Part shown: positions 1-10,888 of the stretch, one piece after another
Position numbering within the stretch: position 1 is the first letter of the stretch
Layout: every line of letters starts with the position of its first letter
Assembly: GCA_000092065.1 (NCBI GenBank)
Contig: CP000588.1
DNA from: Ostreococcus lucimarinus
Lineage: Eukaryota
Strand: one strand, 5' to 3'
DNA: 64,000 nt
Made by a program: the position numbers and the translations under genes
Notes under the pieces: generated by a model
Told to the model about the DNA's origin: nothing
What the model saw: only the letters and a program-made list of their open reading frames with translations
Databases searched by the model: none

Positions 1-25
1 CGAGGACGGCCGTCGCGGGCTTCGA

Positions 26-1183
26 GTGGCGATGGGCGGGAGGATGTGCTTACCGACGTTCGTGGACATACACACACATATAGATAAGGCACACACGTGT
101 GAGAGGAGCCGAAATTTAAACGGCACCCTCGCTGGCGCGGACGCCGCGTGCGCGAACGATTTCCAACACTGGACGCTCGAAGACGCCAAGCGGCGCATGG
201 GCTTTGCGATTCAGTGCGCGTACGCGTACGGGACCTCCGCCATGCGCACGCACTTGATGTCGGGTGAGGAGAGACAGAGCAAAATCGCCTGGGAAGCGTT
301 CGGGAAGTTACGCGAGGAATGGAGAGGGAAAGTTGAGTTGCAAGGCGTGTCACTCTCGGTGTTGAGCTTTTTCCGCGACGAGACCAAGGCGCGCGCGCTG
401 GCTCGCATGGTGAAATCTTATGGAGGTATACTTGGCGCCGCCGTGTCGTGTAGCGATGCAGGTGGTACACCACTGGATGTCCACACGACGTGCGGTGCCG
501 ATATGCCCAAGTTATTGGACGTCATTTTCTCTCTGGCGAAGGAATACAATTTGGATGTCGACTTTCATTGCGACGAGAACGGCAATGAATCCTCCAAAGG
601 CTTGCTCCACATTTCTGAGGCCGTCATTCGAAACAATTTCAAAGGATCTGTGGTGTGCGGTCACTGCTGCAGTCTCGCAGTTCAGCCAAACGAACAGGCA
701 AAGCGCATCATCGACGCCGCCCGCGAAGCGGGCGTCACCGTTGTTTCGCTTCCAATCGTTAACCAATGGCTTCAAAATCGTGATCCAACGAACGAAGCGA
801 CGCCAACGCGGCGAGGCGTTACTCGGGTGAAGGAGCTTGCCCGAGCTGGCGTGCCGGTGTGCCTTTCGAGTGATAATACGCGAGATCAATTTTTTCAATA
901 CGGTGACTGTGATATGCTCGAGGTATTTCGATCGAGCGTTTGCATCGCGCATCTCGATCGACCTTTTGGATCGTGGCCGTTGGCTTTAGCTGCGAACCCA
1001 TCGCGCGCGATGCGACTTGGCGAAAAGTCGGGAATGATTGCTCCAGGAGCGAAGGCAAACTTTGTCTTGTTTCGCGCTAGGAATTACAGCGAGCTGTTTT
1101 CTAGATCGCAACATGATCGAGTCGTCATTCGTGATGGTGTCCGCATCGCTACTGCTTTACCAGATTATGAAGAGCTAGACTAA
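26..1183 (+). CDS. Cytosine deaminase-like amidohydrolase (bacterial CodA type). Probably 5'-partial, since the frame is open to the window edge.
   Basis: Metal-binding FVDIHTHID aligns with E. coli CodA PFVEPHIHLD. The blocks that follow (NGTLAGADA..., RTHL, DVDFHCDE, RRGVTRVKEL, SSDN) are collinear with CodA over its whole length. Confidence 0.7.
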   Translation: MAMGGRMCLPTFVDIHTHIDKAHTCERSRNLNGTLAGADAACANDFQHWTLEDAKRRMGFAIQCAYAYGTSAMRTHLMSGEERQSKIAWEAFGKLREEWRGKVELQGVSLSVLSFFRDETKARALARMVKSYGGILGAAVSCSDAGGTPLDVHTTCGADMPKLLDVIFSLAKEYNLDVDFHCDENGNESSKGLLHISEAVIRNNFKGSVVCGHCCSLAVQPNEQAKRIIDAAREAGVTVVSLPIVNQWLQNRDPTNEATPTRRGVTRVKELARAGVPVCLSSDNTRDQFFQYGDCDMLEVFRSSVCIAHLDRPFGSWPLALAANPSRAMRLGEKSGMIAPGAKANFVLFRARNYSELFSRSQHDRVVIRDGVRIATALPDYEELD

Positions 1184-1267
1184 CTTGGCTAACATATTAC
1201 AATGATGAATCGTTCTTACTTTTGGCTATGTTGAATTGTAATCACTTGCTTTTTGTACCACACGTCG

Positions 1268-3625
1268 CTACACCAGCGCACTTAAAAGCTGAACCCTCGA
1301 TTTGCAACTCTTCGACAATGACTTGACTTGGACTAATGCCCAGCTTTTCAAAATTTTTGATGAACTGAGGATTTTTAAGCCGACTAACGCGCTTGACATG
1401 AGGAGCACCTCGCAAGAGTGACTCTCCGGAAATCTTGACGCGCAACTCAACGCATCAAGGATATTGCACACGCACATAAAAGCGCTTCGTACAATCACCT
1501 CGGAGTCCGTATCAGAGATGAACGTTTCTTTCGCATCGGATGTGAGCGTCGAGGTGAGTTGAGTAAAGTGACGGCAAATTGTAAACGCCCGTTGTGGAGA
1601 CTCACGAATGGCAAACACTGTAGCGTGTGATAAAACATCCAGTACCACAGCCGAGACTGGTATGCCAGCTGCGGTTATGCGTCGCATTTCGAGCAGTTTT
1701 GGCAAACCAATGCGTGATATGCGGTCAAACTCTGGTCCAGATGTGTTCGGCAAGACCGCTACGCATGCAACTAAGAGACTTTGACGAAATTTACTCAAAT
1801 CGCTTTCACAGTCTTGAAAGTCTTGAAACGTCCGCAGCAACTCGAGCAGCATCCTATCGTTTGCATTCGCATTCGAGCGATAAAGCTTCAAAATATCTAC
1901 AGTGATCGACGTCATGTCCTTTGAATCGAGCGAAGGGGGGCGCGGCGACGAGATTCTCTCCATGCGACCAAGACGCATGACGGGCTCTATCGCCAAGCGC
2001 GAGTCCCATTCTATAACGCTAGCGGCTACTTCGTCCGCAAGTCTGAGAGCAATTGCCATTTCTTTGCTAGGCGAAATTTTTGCAATAGATTCCAACAGCC
2101 CTTTGCTGATTTCACGAGCCAGCGATGTGGCTAAAATCTGAGTTGATGTCATTCGTTGCTTCCGTGACCATTCAATGACACGTGCCAATGCAAGGAGTAC
2201 ACCCTCGGGGAACGTGCGCTCAATGACCCTCACATCTACCTGTCCTTCGTTCATGGTTATTAGTTTCAAAATTCTCAGAGCAAAGTGGGCTCCATGAAAC
2301 GGACCAGTAGCAGGGGAACTAAGTTGTACCGCAGTCAACATTGGAAGCACGATGAAGAGTAAACCGTCTTGCAACTCTAAGAGATGCATTTTGCCAGAAT
2401 TGCTCCCAAAGAAGGCTTCACAGATATATTCGATGGAATCCATGGCTTTAATATTCGCAAAGTCATTCGGAAAATCCCGGAGCAAGTCGACGAATGCAAC
2501 AAGCAAGCACGCCGGCGAGTTGCCGCAACGCTTCACCTTGACAAAACTTGGTACCAAGCGGAAAGTTTCGATAATGATTGCACCCTGGGACGAGTGTGCA
2601 ACTGCTGTATGAATCAAACGACGATAAACGAGGTCTGGTGCGATGAGTATGGGCCACAGCAAATCATTCGCTAGATTCAACTTCATGCGATTGGTGACGC
2701 TTGTGCTTGCACTCGCTGTGATGCGGTTCAATGCGACAATGACATCGCGCTCTATGACTTTTGAATCAAAATCTTGTTGCGTGATGAGCATATTTCTGAA
2801 GAGATGAAACTCGTCGGAGCATAGCACTGTGGATATGATTTCTAAGACGTCATCTTTTGGAAAGCGAGATACCAATTTTTCTTTGGCTGTCTTTGGTTCT
2901 GTGCACGCCAACAGGTCTCGGAGAAACTTTTCCACCTGAGATGGTTCTGCAACCAGTGGCGATGAACATATCACGTCTACGCTGACGGTTGGTTCATCAT
3001 CCGTCGTTCGTGATTGAGTTTTCCTCGCGGTTGGAGTGTATCCGGACGTAGAGAAAATTACCGTCAGTTGCTCAATTACCTCTGTTCTGGTTTCACTCGT
3101 AAACAAAGCCTTCGTCATCGTCTCTTTCGCTCGATCAGAAGCATGTAGCATCGCATTGTAGAACAAATCCTTCATTTCTAGCACTGTGATCAACTCTGCG
3201 AACATCGGCGTGGGTAGCGACCACTTGGCTCTTCGGCAGAACGGGTCAATTGTTTCTTGAATTGGCTCCCCATCACCGCCTATGAGCTTGGCGCACCACA
3301 CACTGAACAACACCGCAAACACATGCTCTCGAGAGTCTTTTTCCCCTTTACTCGGGCGTCTGAGCACTCGACGTAAGCCTGGAACGACCACGGTGTCCAG
3401 CGCAGAGACGGCGTCCCCGAGTCCCTCACGTTGCTCGATGGCGTCAAACAGTGGGCCCATCGCCGCCTCGATCGCCACTCCTTCGTCATCATAGGATAAC
3501 GAACGCAACGATTGTAGCGCTACTATAGTTGTGGACGCGTGCACTCCCGAGATCATCATCCAGTGCCGCGATTGAGACGCTTCAACAACTTGAGTGGCAA
3601 AATGTAGAACACGAGAATGCAGCAC
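1268..3625 (-). CDS. Large conserved hypothetical protein (785 aa), probably a helical-repeat protein.
   Basis: Uninterrupted 2.36-kb ORF with host-like codon usage. I recognised no diagnostic motif. Confidence 0.4.
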   Translation of the reverse strand: MLHSRVLHFATQVVEASQSRHWMMISGVHASTTIVALQSLRSLSYDDEGVAIEAAMGPLFDAIEQREGLGDAVSALDTVVVPGLRRVLRRPSKGEKDSREHVFAVLFSVWCAKLIGGDGEPIQETIDPFCRRAKWSLPTPMFAELITVLEMKDLFYNAMLHASDRAKETMTKALFTSETRTEVIEQLTVIFSTSGYTPTARKTQSRTTDDEPTVSVDVICSSPLVAEPSQVEKFLRDLLACTEPKTAKEKLVSRFPKDDVLEIISTVLCSDEFHLFRNMLITQQDFDSKVIERDVIVALNRITASASTSVTNRMKLNLANDLLWPILIAPDLVYRRLIHTAVAHSSQGAIIIETFRLVPSFVKVKRCGNSPACLLVAFVDLLRDFPNDFANIKAMDSIEYICEAFFGSNSGKMHLLELQDGLLFIVLPMLTAVQLSSPATGPFHGAHFALRILKLITMNEGQVDVRVIERTFPEGVLLALARVIEWSRKQRMTSTQILATSLAREISKGLLESIAKISPSKEMAIALRLADEVAASVIEWDSRLAIEPVMRLGRMERISSPRPPSLDSKDMTSITVDILKLYRSNANANDRMLLELLRTFQDFQDCESDLSKFRQSLLVACVAVLPNTSGPEFDRISRIGLPKLLEMRRITAAGIPVSAVVLDVLSHATVFAIRESPQRAFTICRHFTQLTSTLTSDAKETFISDTDSEVIVRSAFMCVCNILDALSCASRFPESHSCEVLLMSSALVGLKILSSSKILKSWALVQVKSLSKSCKSRVQLLSALV

Positions 3626-3803
3626 AGCGATAGCAATACGAAATCGACTGGCTTTAAGGCGTAGATGATAATATCATCATCGTACATGTGCCTTCTTCTC
3701 TTGCGCTTGTGCGAGCGCACACTCGATGTGCGCGTGCGAGTTTGTGGCTTCTTGGGGAGGTCGGTTACCGTGTAAAGTGAACGCCCTGACCGTTCTAATT
3801 AAA

Positions 3804-5543
3804 TTACAACGCCGCCTTCTTAGCTGCTTTTGCTTTTTGATTGTGATGCTTGTGTGTAAAATCTTTTGCAGTCAGTCCTCTCGTTTGTCGTCCGCCAGAC
3901 CCTCTTCCTCCGCGACCGGCACCCCCGTTTGCCCTGGGTTGTTCTTTGGCCGAAGCACTTGTCGACAATCCCCTTGGCGTGAAAGGTACCGCGCTTGTGC
4001 TCGGGGTGAATGCTGAATCGAACCGTGACTTATTTCCACCCGCACCGAGTCCTTCTATCTCGTTTCTTTTCGTTTTTTCTTGGGCCAGGGCGATCGTTGA
4101 CGCTTCCTCTGCGCTATGCGCGAAGATTTTCTCGGCGCCGGCTTTGTGGGAGTGATAGACTTTGCCGTCGGCCACATAGAAGACACGCTTCGATGCGTTT
4201 GCACGTTCTTTGCGACCGTCTCCATCTTCTAATTCGTCCGTACCGAGCGTGACGTTCGCTACTTGCACTGGGAGATCGTCGAATGAATCATCGTATTCAT
4301 CCTCGTATTCCAAATTGCGCGCTGCCTTCAGCACTCGCTTCTTATCTTCCACTGAAAGTTCGAGGTCAGCTTCCTTGTTCAATCTCTTGCCAACGGGTAT
4401 ACTGGGCTGAGGACGACTCCGCCAGGTCAACTTTGACGCGGGTGGCGGCCATCCCAGCTGTCTATCAAGCGACCGCAAATCAGGCGGAAGCGACTCCTCA
4501 AACAAATGCTGCACAATTGACTCAGCGTTGGGACCAAAATGGTCTACGCATGCCTTAAGAAACCCAATGCCGACATCGGGTAGGATGATTCTAACAGATT
4601 CAATCGTGTTCACGACCACTGGAGCCAGTCCTACGTACTTATCGCGCTCTGCATCCACGGGTTCTCCATCTCCTCCTCCTCCTCCTCCTCCTCCTCCTCC
4701 TCCATCTGCACTTCTCAGAAAGGAAATTGCCGCGCCTAAAGAACCTCTCACCGTATCTAAACTATCACTATCGCAAGTTGCCATGGACTGGAAGCTAGAA
4801 AGTACCATACTTCGGATCTTTTCGAGCGCACCTGTCAGATTCCCATCACGACGCAACCATTCTGCGGCTTCTGGATACACGGTGACGAGTGAAACAAGTG
4901 AAATAGCAACGTCGTGAAAGTATGACAGCGATTCACTCAACCCGTCTGGTGGGAGCTCGTTAGCTTCAGCCGCAGGAGTCACTCGCGCTGCCATATCTTT
5001 CAAGTTCTTTTCGATCATCAATCCAGTGCGCCCAAAATCGTCTTCGAGAGTCGGCAACAGTTTCACAGCATTTTCTAGCACTTCGTGCACTAGATCCCTG
5101 TTATCGCTTCCATAAATCACCGTCAAGTCAATCAATTTCGGTACGTCGATCAGGTTATGCTTTAAAACCGCCTGCCTCCGCTCTTCGAGAGTTAAGCAGC
5201 TTCGCTCTCGAGCGCCGTCATTCACCAGTCTGAGCATCGTGAGGAAGACCTTCCTTCCCAACTCGTCCTCCGTAACTGAAGTCGACGGTTCGGCCCCCCG
5301 ACCTCGAGTTTCGAATGGCCGCGTTTTAAACTGCAAGTACGTGTCCAGACTCCTCCCGAGCCCTCGTCCGTTTCTCTGCACGTGCGCCCAAAACGCTTCA
5401 CTCGTCTTTCGCAGCGCACTATCGAGGGCGTCCACTAGCGCTTGACACGCCTCCGTAGCGCGCTCGTCCAAAGGATCGTCGTCGCCGGGCAGATAGGAGA
5501 TGTACGTCACCGTCGCTGGCGCGACGCGTGACGCGCGTGACAT
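3804..5543 (-). CDS. CUE-domain protein, ASCC2-like (tentative). Contains a 13-residue poly-Gly tract.
   Basis: CUE-like segment (IESVRIILPDVGIGFLKACVDHFGPNAESIVQHLF) and a basic Gly/Arg-rich C-terminus. The ORF is listed to 5957, but its first ~138 codons are antisense to the neighbouring gene; the first plausible ATG is at 5543-5541 (MSRASRV...). Confidence 0.45.
   Translation of the reverse strand: MSRASRVAPATVTYISYLPGDDDPLDERATEACQALVDALDSALRKTSEAFWAHVQRNGRGLGRSLDTYLQFKTRPFETRGRGAEPSTSVTEDELGRKVFLTMLRLVNDGARERSCLTLEERRQAVLKHNLIDVPKLIDLTVIYGSDNRDLVHEVLENAVKLLPTLEDDFGRTGLMIEKNLKDMAARVTPAAEANELPPDGLSESLSYFHDVAISLVSLVTVYPEAAEWLRRDGNLTGALEKIRSMVLSSFQSMATCDSDSLDTVRGSLGAAISFLRSADGGGGGGGGGGGDGEPVDAERDKYVGLAPVVVNTIESVRIILPDVGIGFLKACVDHFGPNAESIVQHLFEESLPPDLRSLDRQLGWPPPASKLTWRSRPQPSIPVGKRLNKEADLELSVEDKKRVLKAARNLEYEDEYDDSFDDLPVQVANVTLGTDELEDGDGRKERANASKRVFYVADGKVYHSHKAGAEKIFAHSAEEASTIALAQEKTKRNEIEGLGAGGNKSRFDSAFTPSTSAVPFTPRGLSTSASAKEQPRANGGAGRGGRGSGGRQTRGLTAKDFTHKHHNQKAKAAKKAAL
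4671..4703. repeat. (TCC)11 microsatellite, read as (GGA)n on the coding minus strand, giving poly-Gly.
   Basis: Perfect trinucleotide run. Encodes GGGGGGGGGGGGG in the 3804..5543 CDS. Confidence 0.9.
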
Positions 5544-5682
5544 CCCACGCGTCCGACGGCGCGCCTCGAAGTATCGACGGACGCGAGTGCGCGCTGTAGG
5601 CGCGCACGCGCTCGCGGGCGAAGGCGGCACAGTCAGACGTGCGCGCTGCGTCCCGTCGAGGACGACATCCGCGCTAGAATTC
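5544..5682. promoter_or_regulatory. Putative bidirectional promoter between the divergent ASCC2-like and HGH1-like genes.
   Basis: 139 bp separate two divergently oriented start codons. Confidence 0.3.
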
Positions 5683-6732
5683 ATGGCCGACGAACTCGAC
5701 GAGGTGATCGGGTTTTTGTCCGATAAGAACCCGGCCGTGCGAGAGCAGGCGGCGCACATCATCCAAGGCTTGACTGGAACGGATGACGGCGCAAAGTTAC
5801 TGTGCGCTAAAGCCGACTCACTGGTGCCAAAACTGTTGCACGCGCTCGGCAAAGAAGGCGCAGAATCAAAGTATGCCGCGACAGCGCTGGTAAACTTGAC
5901 GCACGACCCGGAGGTGATCGTCAAGGCTGTGAACAAGGGTGTCGTGGAGCGAGCCATGGACGGGCTTCGCGATGGCGACGGTGCACCGGTAGACCTCTTG
6001 CTGTCTATTTTAGCGAACGTGACGACGGCGGAGAGCGGTGTACACGTGATAAGTCAAGAGGGTAAGCCACTAGAAGGATTTTACGTGTCAAAGTTGATCC
6101 AACTCTTGTCCACCGGAAAGCCGGAGGAAGACTACGACCATGCCGCGTCAGTCTTGACAAACATCTCGCGCGACCCGATCGGTCGACGAGTCTTCTTAGA
6201 TCCGAAGCGAGGATTGTTAGCATCAGTTGTTTCAATTATGAGTGAATCGAACGACCTCAGACGTGAGCGTGTCGCAGCGGCGTTGCGGAATTGCTGCATG
6301 GATGACATTCAGCGTAAAGCGCTTTTGGACTTTGTCAGCCCAGGTGCACAGGAGGCAGCAGGGGATGTCCTACGCGCGCTCCTTCGGCCGATCAGCGGGA
6401 AGCAGGTCGGAGCAGAATTATCTGATCATGTTCGTCAGGCCTGTGCGGAAGCGATCTACGCGTTGGCGAAAGACGAAGAAGGCCGGATGTGGCTTGGCAA
6501 GTTGGACGCTCCTCGGACTCTGCGAGACGGATACGAACTTGAGGAACACGCAGAAACTTGTGCTGCATTGGTTGCCGCCGGAGATTTGTTCCTGAAGCAC
6601 GGCATGGTGCCCGAAGACCTTCAAGAAGGCTTGAATCAGCCGCAAGCCGTCGAAGTGATTGACGATGACGAAGCCGTGGTCATGATGGGACCAGGCGTTG
6701 GTGGTGGTGGATTTATTAGTGGCGTGGATTGA
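5683..6732 (+). CDS. HGH1-like armadillo-type protein (FAM203/Hgh1 family), tentative.
   Basis: The N-terminus MADELDEVIGFLSDKNPAVREQAAHIIQGLTG follows the Hgh1 pattern. The ORF track start at 5500 overlaps the divergent neighbour; the in-frame ATG at 5683 is the plausible start. Confidence 0.5.
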   Translation: MADELDEVIGFLSDKNPAVREQAAHIIQGLTGTDDGAKLLCAKADSLVPKLLHALGKEGAESKYAATALVNLTHDPEVIVKAVNKGVVERAMDGLRDGDGAPVDLLLSILANVTTAESGVHVISQEGKPLEGFYVSKLIQLLSTGKPEEDYDHAASVLTNISRDPIGRRVFLDPKRGLLASVVSIMSESNDLRRERVAAALRNCCMDDIQRKALLDFVSPGAQEAAGDVLRALLRPISGKQVGAELSDHVRQACAEAIYALAKDEEGRMWLGKLDAPRTLRDGYELEEHAETCAALVAAGDLFLKHGMVPEDLQEGLNQPQAVEVIDDDEAVVMMGPGVGGGGFISGVD

Positions 6733-7827
6733 TTTGTCAATTGAGTAAATCGTTCGCTCGCGTCGTTCGCAATTTTAAAGCGAGAATTCCGCGCAGATAA
6801 TAGTGTATTAAAATCATATCGTATTCGTTGAAGCTCGCGTGGGTTAGTGACAGTATTGTGCGCGCCCCGTTTCGTACGTTGCGATGTAAATAATTAAATC
6901 AACTGCATCAAAGATGACGGCTTGTCAAAGCTCACAATGAAGTGGACGCGTGCGGATCGCGTGCTCATTTAAACGTGGTGTCGCGAATATCGATTGTGTG
7001 ACGTTCGTGTGTTGTTTTGCATGCATCTAGCGCCTATCTAAGAGCGCACTCCTGGAGAGTATTTATTTAATAAATTAATTAATTTTGATCGTGACGTCGT
7101 TGTCGGCGTGTTTGTCTTGATTACTCAATAAAATTGCTCGCTTGGCCGTCCACTACATCGAGCGATCTGGACTGCCTGTTTGCGACACATGGATGTGCAA
7201 AACGGGTTACGGGTGAATTAATTTCAATTATTTTCTCCTTCTCGATAAAACACCGACAACGTCGTTGTCTATGGACGCTCTGGCCGGCCGTGCGCGAGCT
7301 CCATGCCTCTTGGATGCTCGTTGGTGCCGTACGTTTCGGAGTTTTGCGTCCCGGAAGCTTTGATTCGTTGCCACGCGTTACGTTGGCGAACGTTTGTATT
7401 AAATTTATTTATTACAAAGACGCACATTTCACTTTGTACGAAAATAACGAACGCGCTCGAGTAATTACCACGTAAGAACAATGAAAATGACCTTTCGGAC
7501 GTCTCGTGCGCTTACGCTGCGTTTACATCGACTTCGTCGTCTCACGAGGGCGTGTTTTGCCGTCATTCGCGATTATTCGATAATTAATTACTTTTGTAAT
7601 CTGTTGCATCGCGAAGCCAGAAACGATCAGTTCAATATCCCTTAACGAGCATCCCGCGAGATCGCAGTCGTGGTTGTGCGCGCGCTTACGAGTGATGGGT
7701 GATTAATGTCTGTATGCACACTTGAATTGAAAAGAACTACATAGCAACCAAGACACTGAGACAGGTTCGCAGGCACTTCTTCCTCAACGAACAATATTTC
7801 TCAATACATTATAGCCACACCATGAAC

Positions 7828-9064
7828 CTACGCAGCCAGCGGCTTCTTCATGACGATGAGATACATCGGAGAGAAGATGCCGAGATCACCGCCTTTCTCG
7901 AGGTTGACCGCAGCCTTCAACAACATGGTGTGCACGGCTTGCGTCCCCTTGGGCGCGAAGCCGATGAACTCGAGCACGCCGGTGAGGACGTGCGTCAAGT
8001 ACGCCGCCCGGCGAGCAGATTTCATGGCTTGTTGCCACGGAACGGCTCCAAGGGTGGCGCGATCAAAAGTAAACTGCACGTCGAAGCCCGCCGCCTTCGC
8101 GGCTTCAACGCAATCTTCGATGGTGCGCACTTCCGGCAGTGCGTTACCTTCAGCGATGCCATCGACGACGTCGACGTGAACCTTATTATTCGGGTCGTAT
8201 TGATCGGTGCGCAACCACTCGTAGGACGCAAAGAGGGCACCCGGTTTGAGGACTTGGAACACTTGCTTGTACAAAGCAGTGGTGTTCGACGCGTGGCACG
8301 CGGCTTCAATGGCATACGCGCCGTCAAAGGATCGACCCTTGAACACCTTCGCGAGGTCCATGAAGTTACCTTGAACGATCTCCGTCAAATCTTCCAGGCC
8401 AGCCTGCTGGTTCAAAGTGTTGCAGCGGCCAACTTGGTACTCATTGATAGTGATACCAGTCACCTTACCGCCCGTGGCCTTGACGATGTTGCGCATCGGA
8501 CCCCCAACGCCGCAGCCAAGGTCCAACACGTTCATCCCCGCCTTCAAACCAATGTTCTCCGCGATCGCTGTGCGTGTAAAACGGGTAAAGTCGCGTCAGT
8601 CGAATGCCTGCTTTTCACGGATATGCGTGTAGAACGCGTTCACGGATTCGAGACGAGTGATGCGCGCGAGACGAGCATGACGTACCGACTTCCTGGCGAA
8701 TGATGGAGTCTTCAAAGCTCTCCCCCTTTTCGCGTGCGGCGAAGTGGAAGCTTTCGCCCCAACCGTACTCGTAAAAGTCGGTGATGAGGGAGTAAAACTT
8801 GTTCACGAAGTCCGGGGTGGACAAGATGCGCGATCCGACCCCCTTACCGTCTTCTTGGTCGAAGAACTCGTTGTAAGATTTTATCCCTTTGTCCACCATC
8901 GTCTTCGCCATCGCCCCGGTCTTCCCGCCGAACGAGCGCAGCGGGTTCTTGCGGAACCAAGACAACTTCACCGCGACGTAGATACCACCAGTCAGCGTCA
9001 CCCCACCGACGATCATCTGGACTTTCTTGTCCTCGAGCGCGTCCATGACGCGCGCGGTAGCCAT
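7828..9064 (-). CDS. Sterol 24-C-methyltransferase (SMT1/ERG6 family), two exons.
   Basis: Exons 9064..8686 and 8567..7828, with intron 8568..8685: GTACGT donor, ACTGACG branch, CACAG acceptor. Splicing joins ...FHFAAREKGESFEDSIIRQEV to AIAENIGLKAGMNVLDLGCGVGGPMRNI..., matching plant SMT1 (...FHF...RHEE...VKPGQKILDVGCGVGGPMR). SAM-methyltransferase motif I is present. Confidence 0.8.
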
Positions 9065-9741
9065 CTCGAGAGACCTTTGGCGCGAAAAGTCGAGCGCGCA
9101 AGATGCGATCTCGCGCCGAACTCCGAAGCTTTACGAGCGCGGACGGCGCGTGGAGGGCGTGCGGACGTGCGAAGGGTGGCTATGGACTCCCTCGAGGACG
9201 GACGTTCGAACGAATCGAAGTCGTCGTGTGCGGCGGCGGTAATCTTTCGGAACGCCTCGTGACGTCTTCGCGGATACGAGCGCCGCCGCTGCGAATCCGA
9301 ACCCGCCGCGGGCGCGACGAAAGGCCAGACGTCGTCGGGGGACTCGCGACGAGTCGTGATTCGATCGCGTCGCACGTTTTTTATCGATCATCCGCGTCAA
9401 AGGTGAAAGATCTATCATGGCTTTGAATACGGTAAAATTGACATCGGGGGAGATGCAGAGCCTCCCGCGGACATATCGACCTAGCCCTAGATCGCCAAGT
9501 TTCGGCGCTGAGCCCTGCGCAATCAGTCGTTGTGACGCCTCACACGGACCCATATCGACTTTCTCGACTTTCTCGACTTCTACGACGCCGACCGTCGCGC
9601 GCGATTTCGCGAAAGGGCTTATGCGATCTAACGTGGATGCGGTTCAGATGATGAGATCGCTGGAGTGGTGGATTAATGGATGAATGAATTGAAATGAGTC
9701 CTAGTATATATAAAAGCGTCGCGACGGGCGTCGGTGAGCTT

Positions 9742-10736
9742 TTACGGCTTGGTCGAAACCTTCACCATCGAAGCACGGATGAGGCTACTACCGATCTTAT
9801 AGCCCTTTCTGAATTCTTCAATGATGGTATCTTCATCCATCTCGTCGTTCTCTTCCCGCATGATAGCCTCATGGTCGTTCGGGTCGAACGGTTCACCGAC
9901 GCCCGCGACGACTTGGAGGCCTTGCGATGAAAGAATTTCCATCAACTGCTTGTGCATGTTTTGATATCCCGTCAATATCTTCTCCTCACCTTCGGTCGAA
10001 CCCTTGATATTCTTCTCTGCGAGGTCAAAGTTATCGAGCACGGGCAAGAGAGCCTTGACAAAGTCCCCCTTGGCGCTGCTCGCGAGGTTCTCCTTTTCCT
10101 TGAGCGTTCGCTTGCGGAAGTTGTCGAAGTCTGCGTTCAAACGCAAGTATTGATCCTTCATCGCGGCCACTTGGTCTTCCATACCGACCATCTTTGCGTT
10201 TGCATCACCGATTTCTCCCTTGAGGGAGGCCACAAGCTCCGCTGCGTCGGCGTTATCGCCGACGACGACCTCGAGTCGACCGACGAGCGCGCTCAACGCG
10301 GTCTCCTCTTCTTCCGCACCTCCTGCGACTTCTTCGTCGTCCTCGACGACTTCAACTTCGGGCACTTCTTCTTCAGTCTCAACAGTTTCACCCTGCGCGG
10401 TGCGAGAACACGCGTTGTTTCGTCAGTCGTTCGTTCGTCCTCGTCGACCGATACCCTCGTCGCCCCGCTCCCTCGTCGCTCGCCCGTCTAATCCTCGATC
10501 CCTCGCGCGCCGTCGGCCTCGCGCGTCGCCCTCGAGTCTCGCCACGCGTCGTTCTATCGCACCTCTTCTTCCCCCGCGCGCGCGATGATCTTCATCGCTC
10601 GCGCCTCGCGCGTCGCCCCCGAAGGTGTCGAACACGCTCGAAGATTCATCTTCGCGCGCATCGTCGTCGTCGTCGTCGTCGCGCGGGCGCGCGCGCGCGC
10701 GGGCGCCGACGCGATCGAGATCGTGATCGCGGACAT
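9742..10736 (-). CDS. GrpE nucleotide-exchange co-chaperone (organellar), two exons.
   Basis: GrpE core includes LQVVAGVGEPFDPNDHEAIM. Exon 2 (10392..9742) has no ATG in frame. An upstream exon (10736..10563, MSAITIS...MKIIARAGEEE) is joined via GTGCGA donor, ACTGACG branch and CGCAG acceptor (intron 10393..10562). An alternative start is at 10847. Confidence 0.7.
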
Positions 10737-10888
10737 CCTCGGTGCGCCCGCGCGTCGGCTGCTCGACGGTTCGCGCGCGAACGAGTGGCGCGCGACGGGG
10801 TTTCCCTCGCCCTCGCGTCGTCGTCCACGCCGCACGCCGCGTCGCACCCTCGGTCGTCGTCGCCGAGACGACGCGACGACGACGGGCG

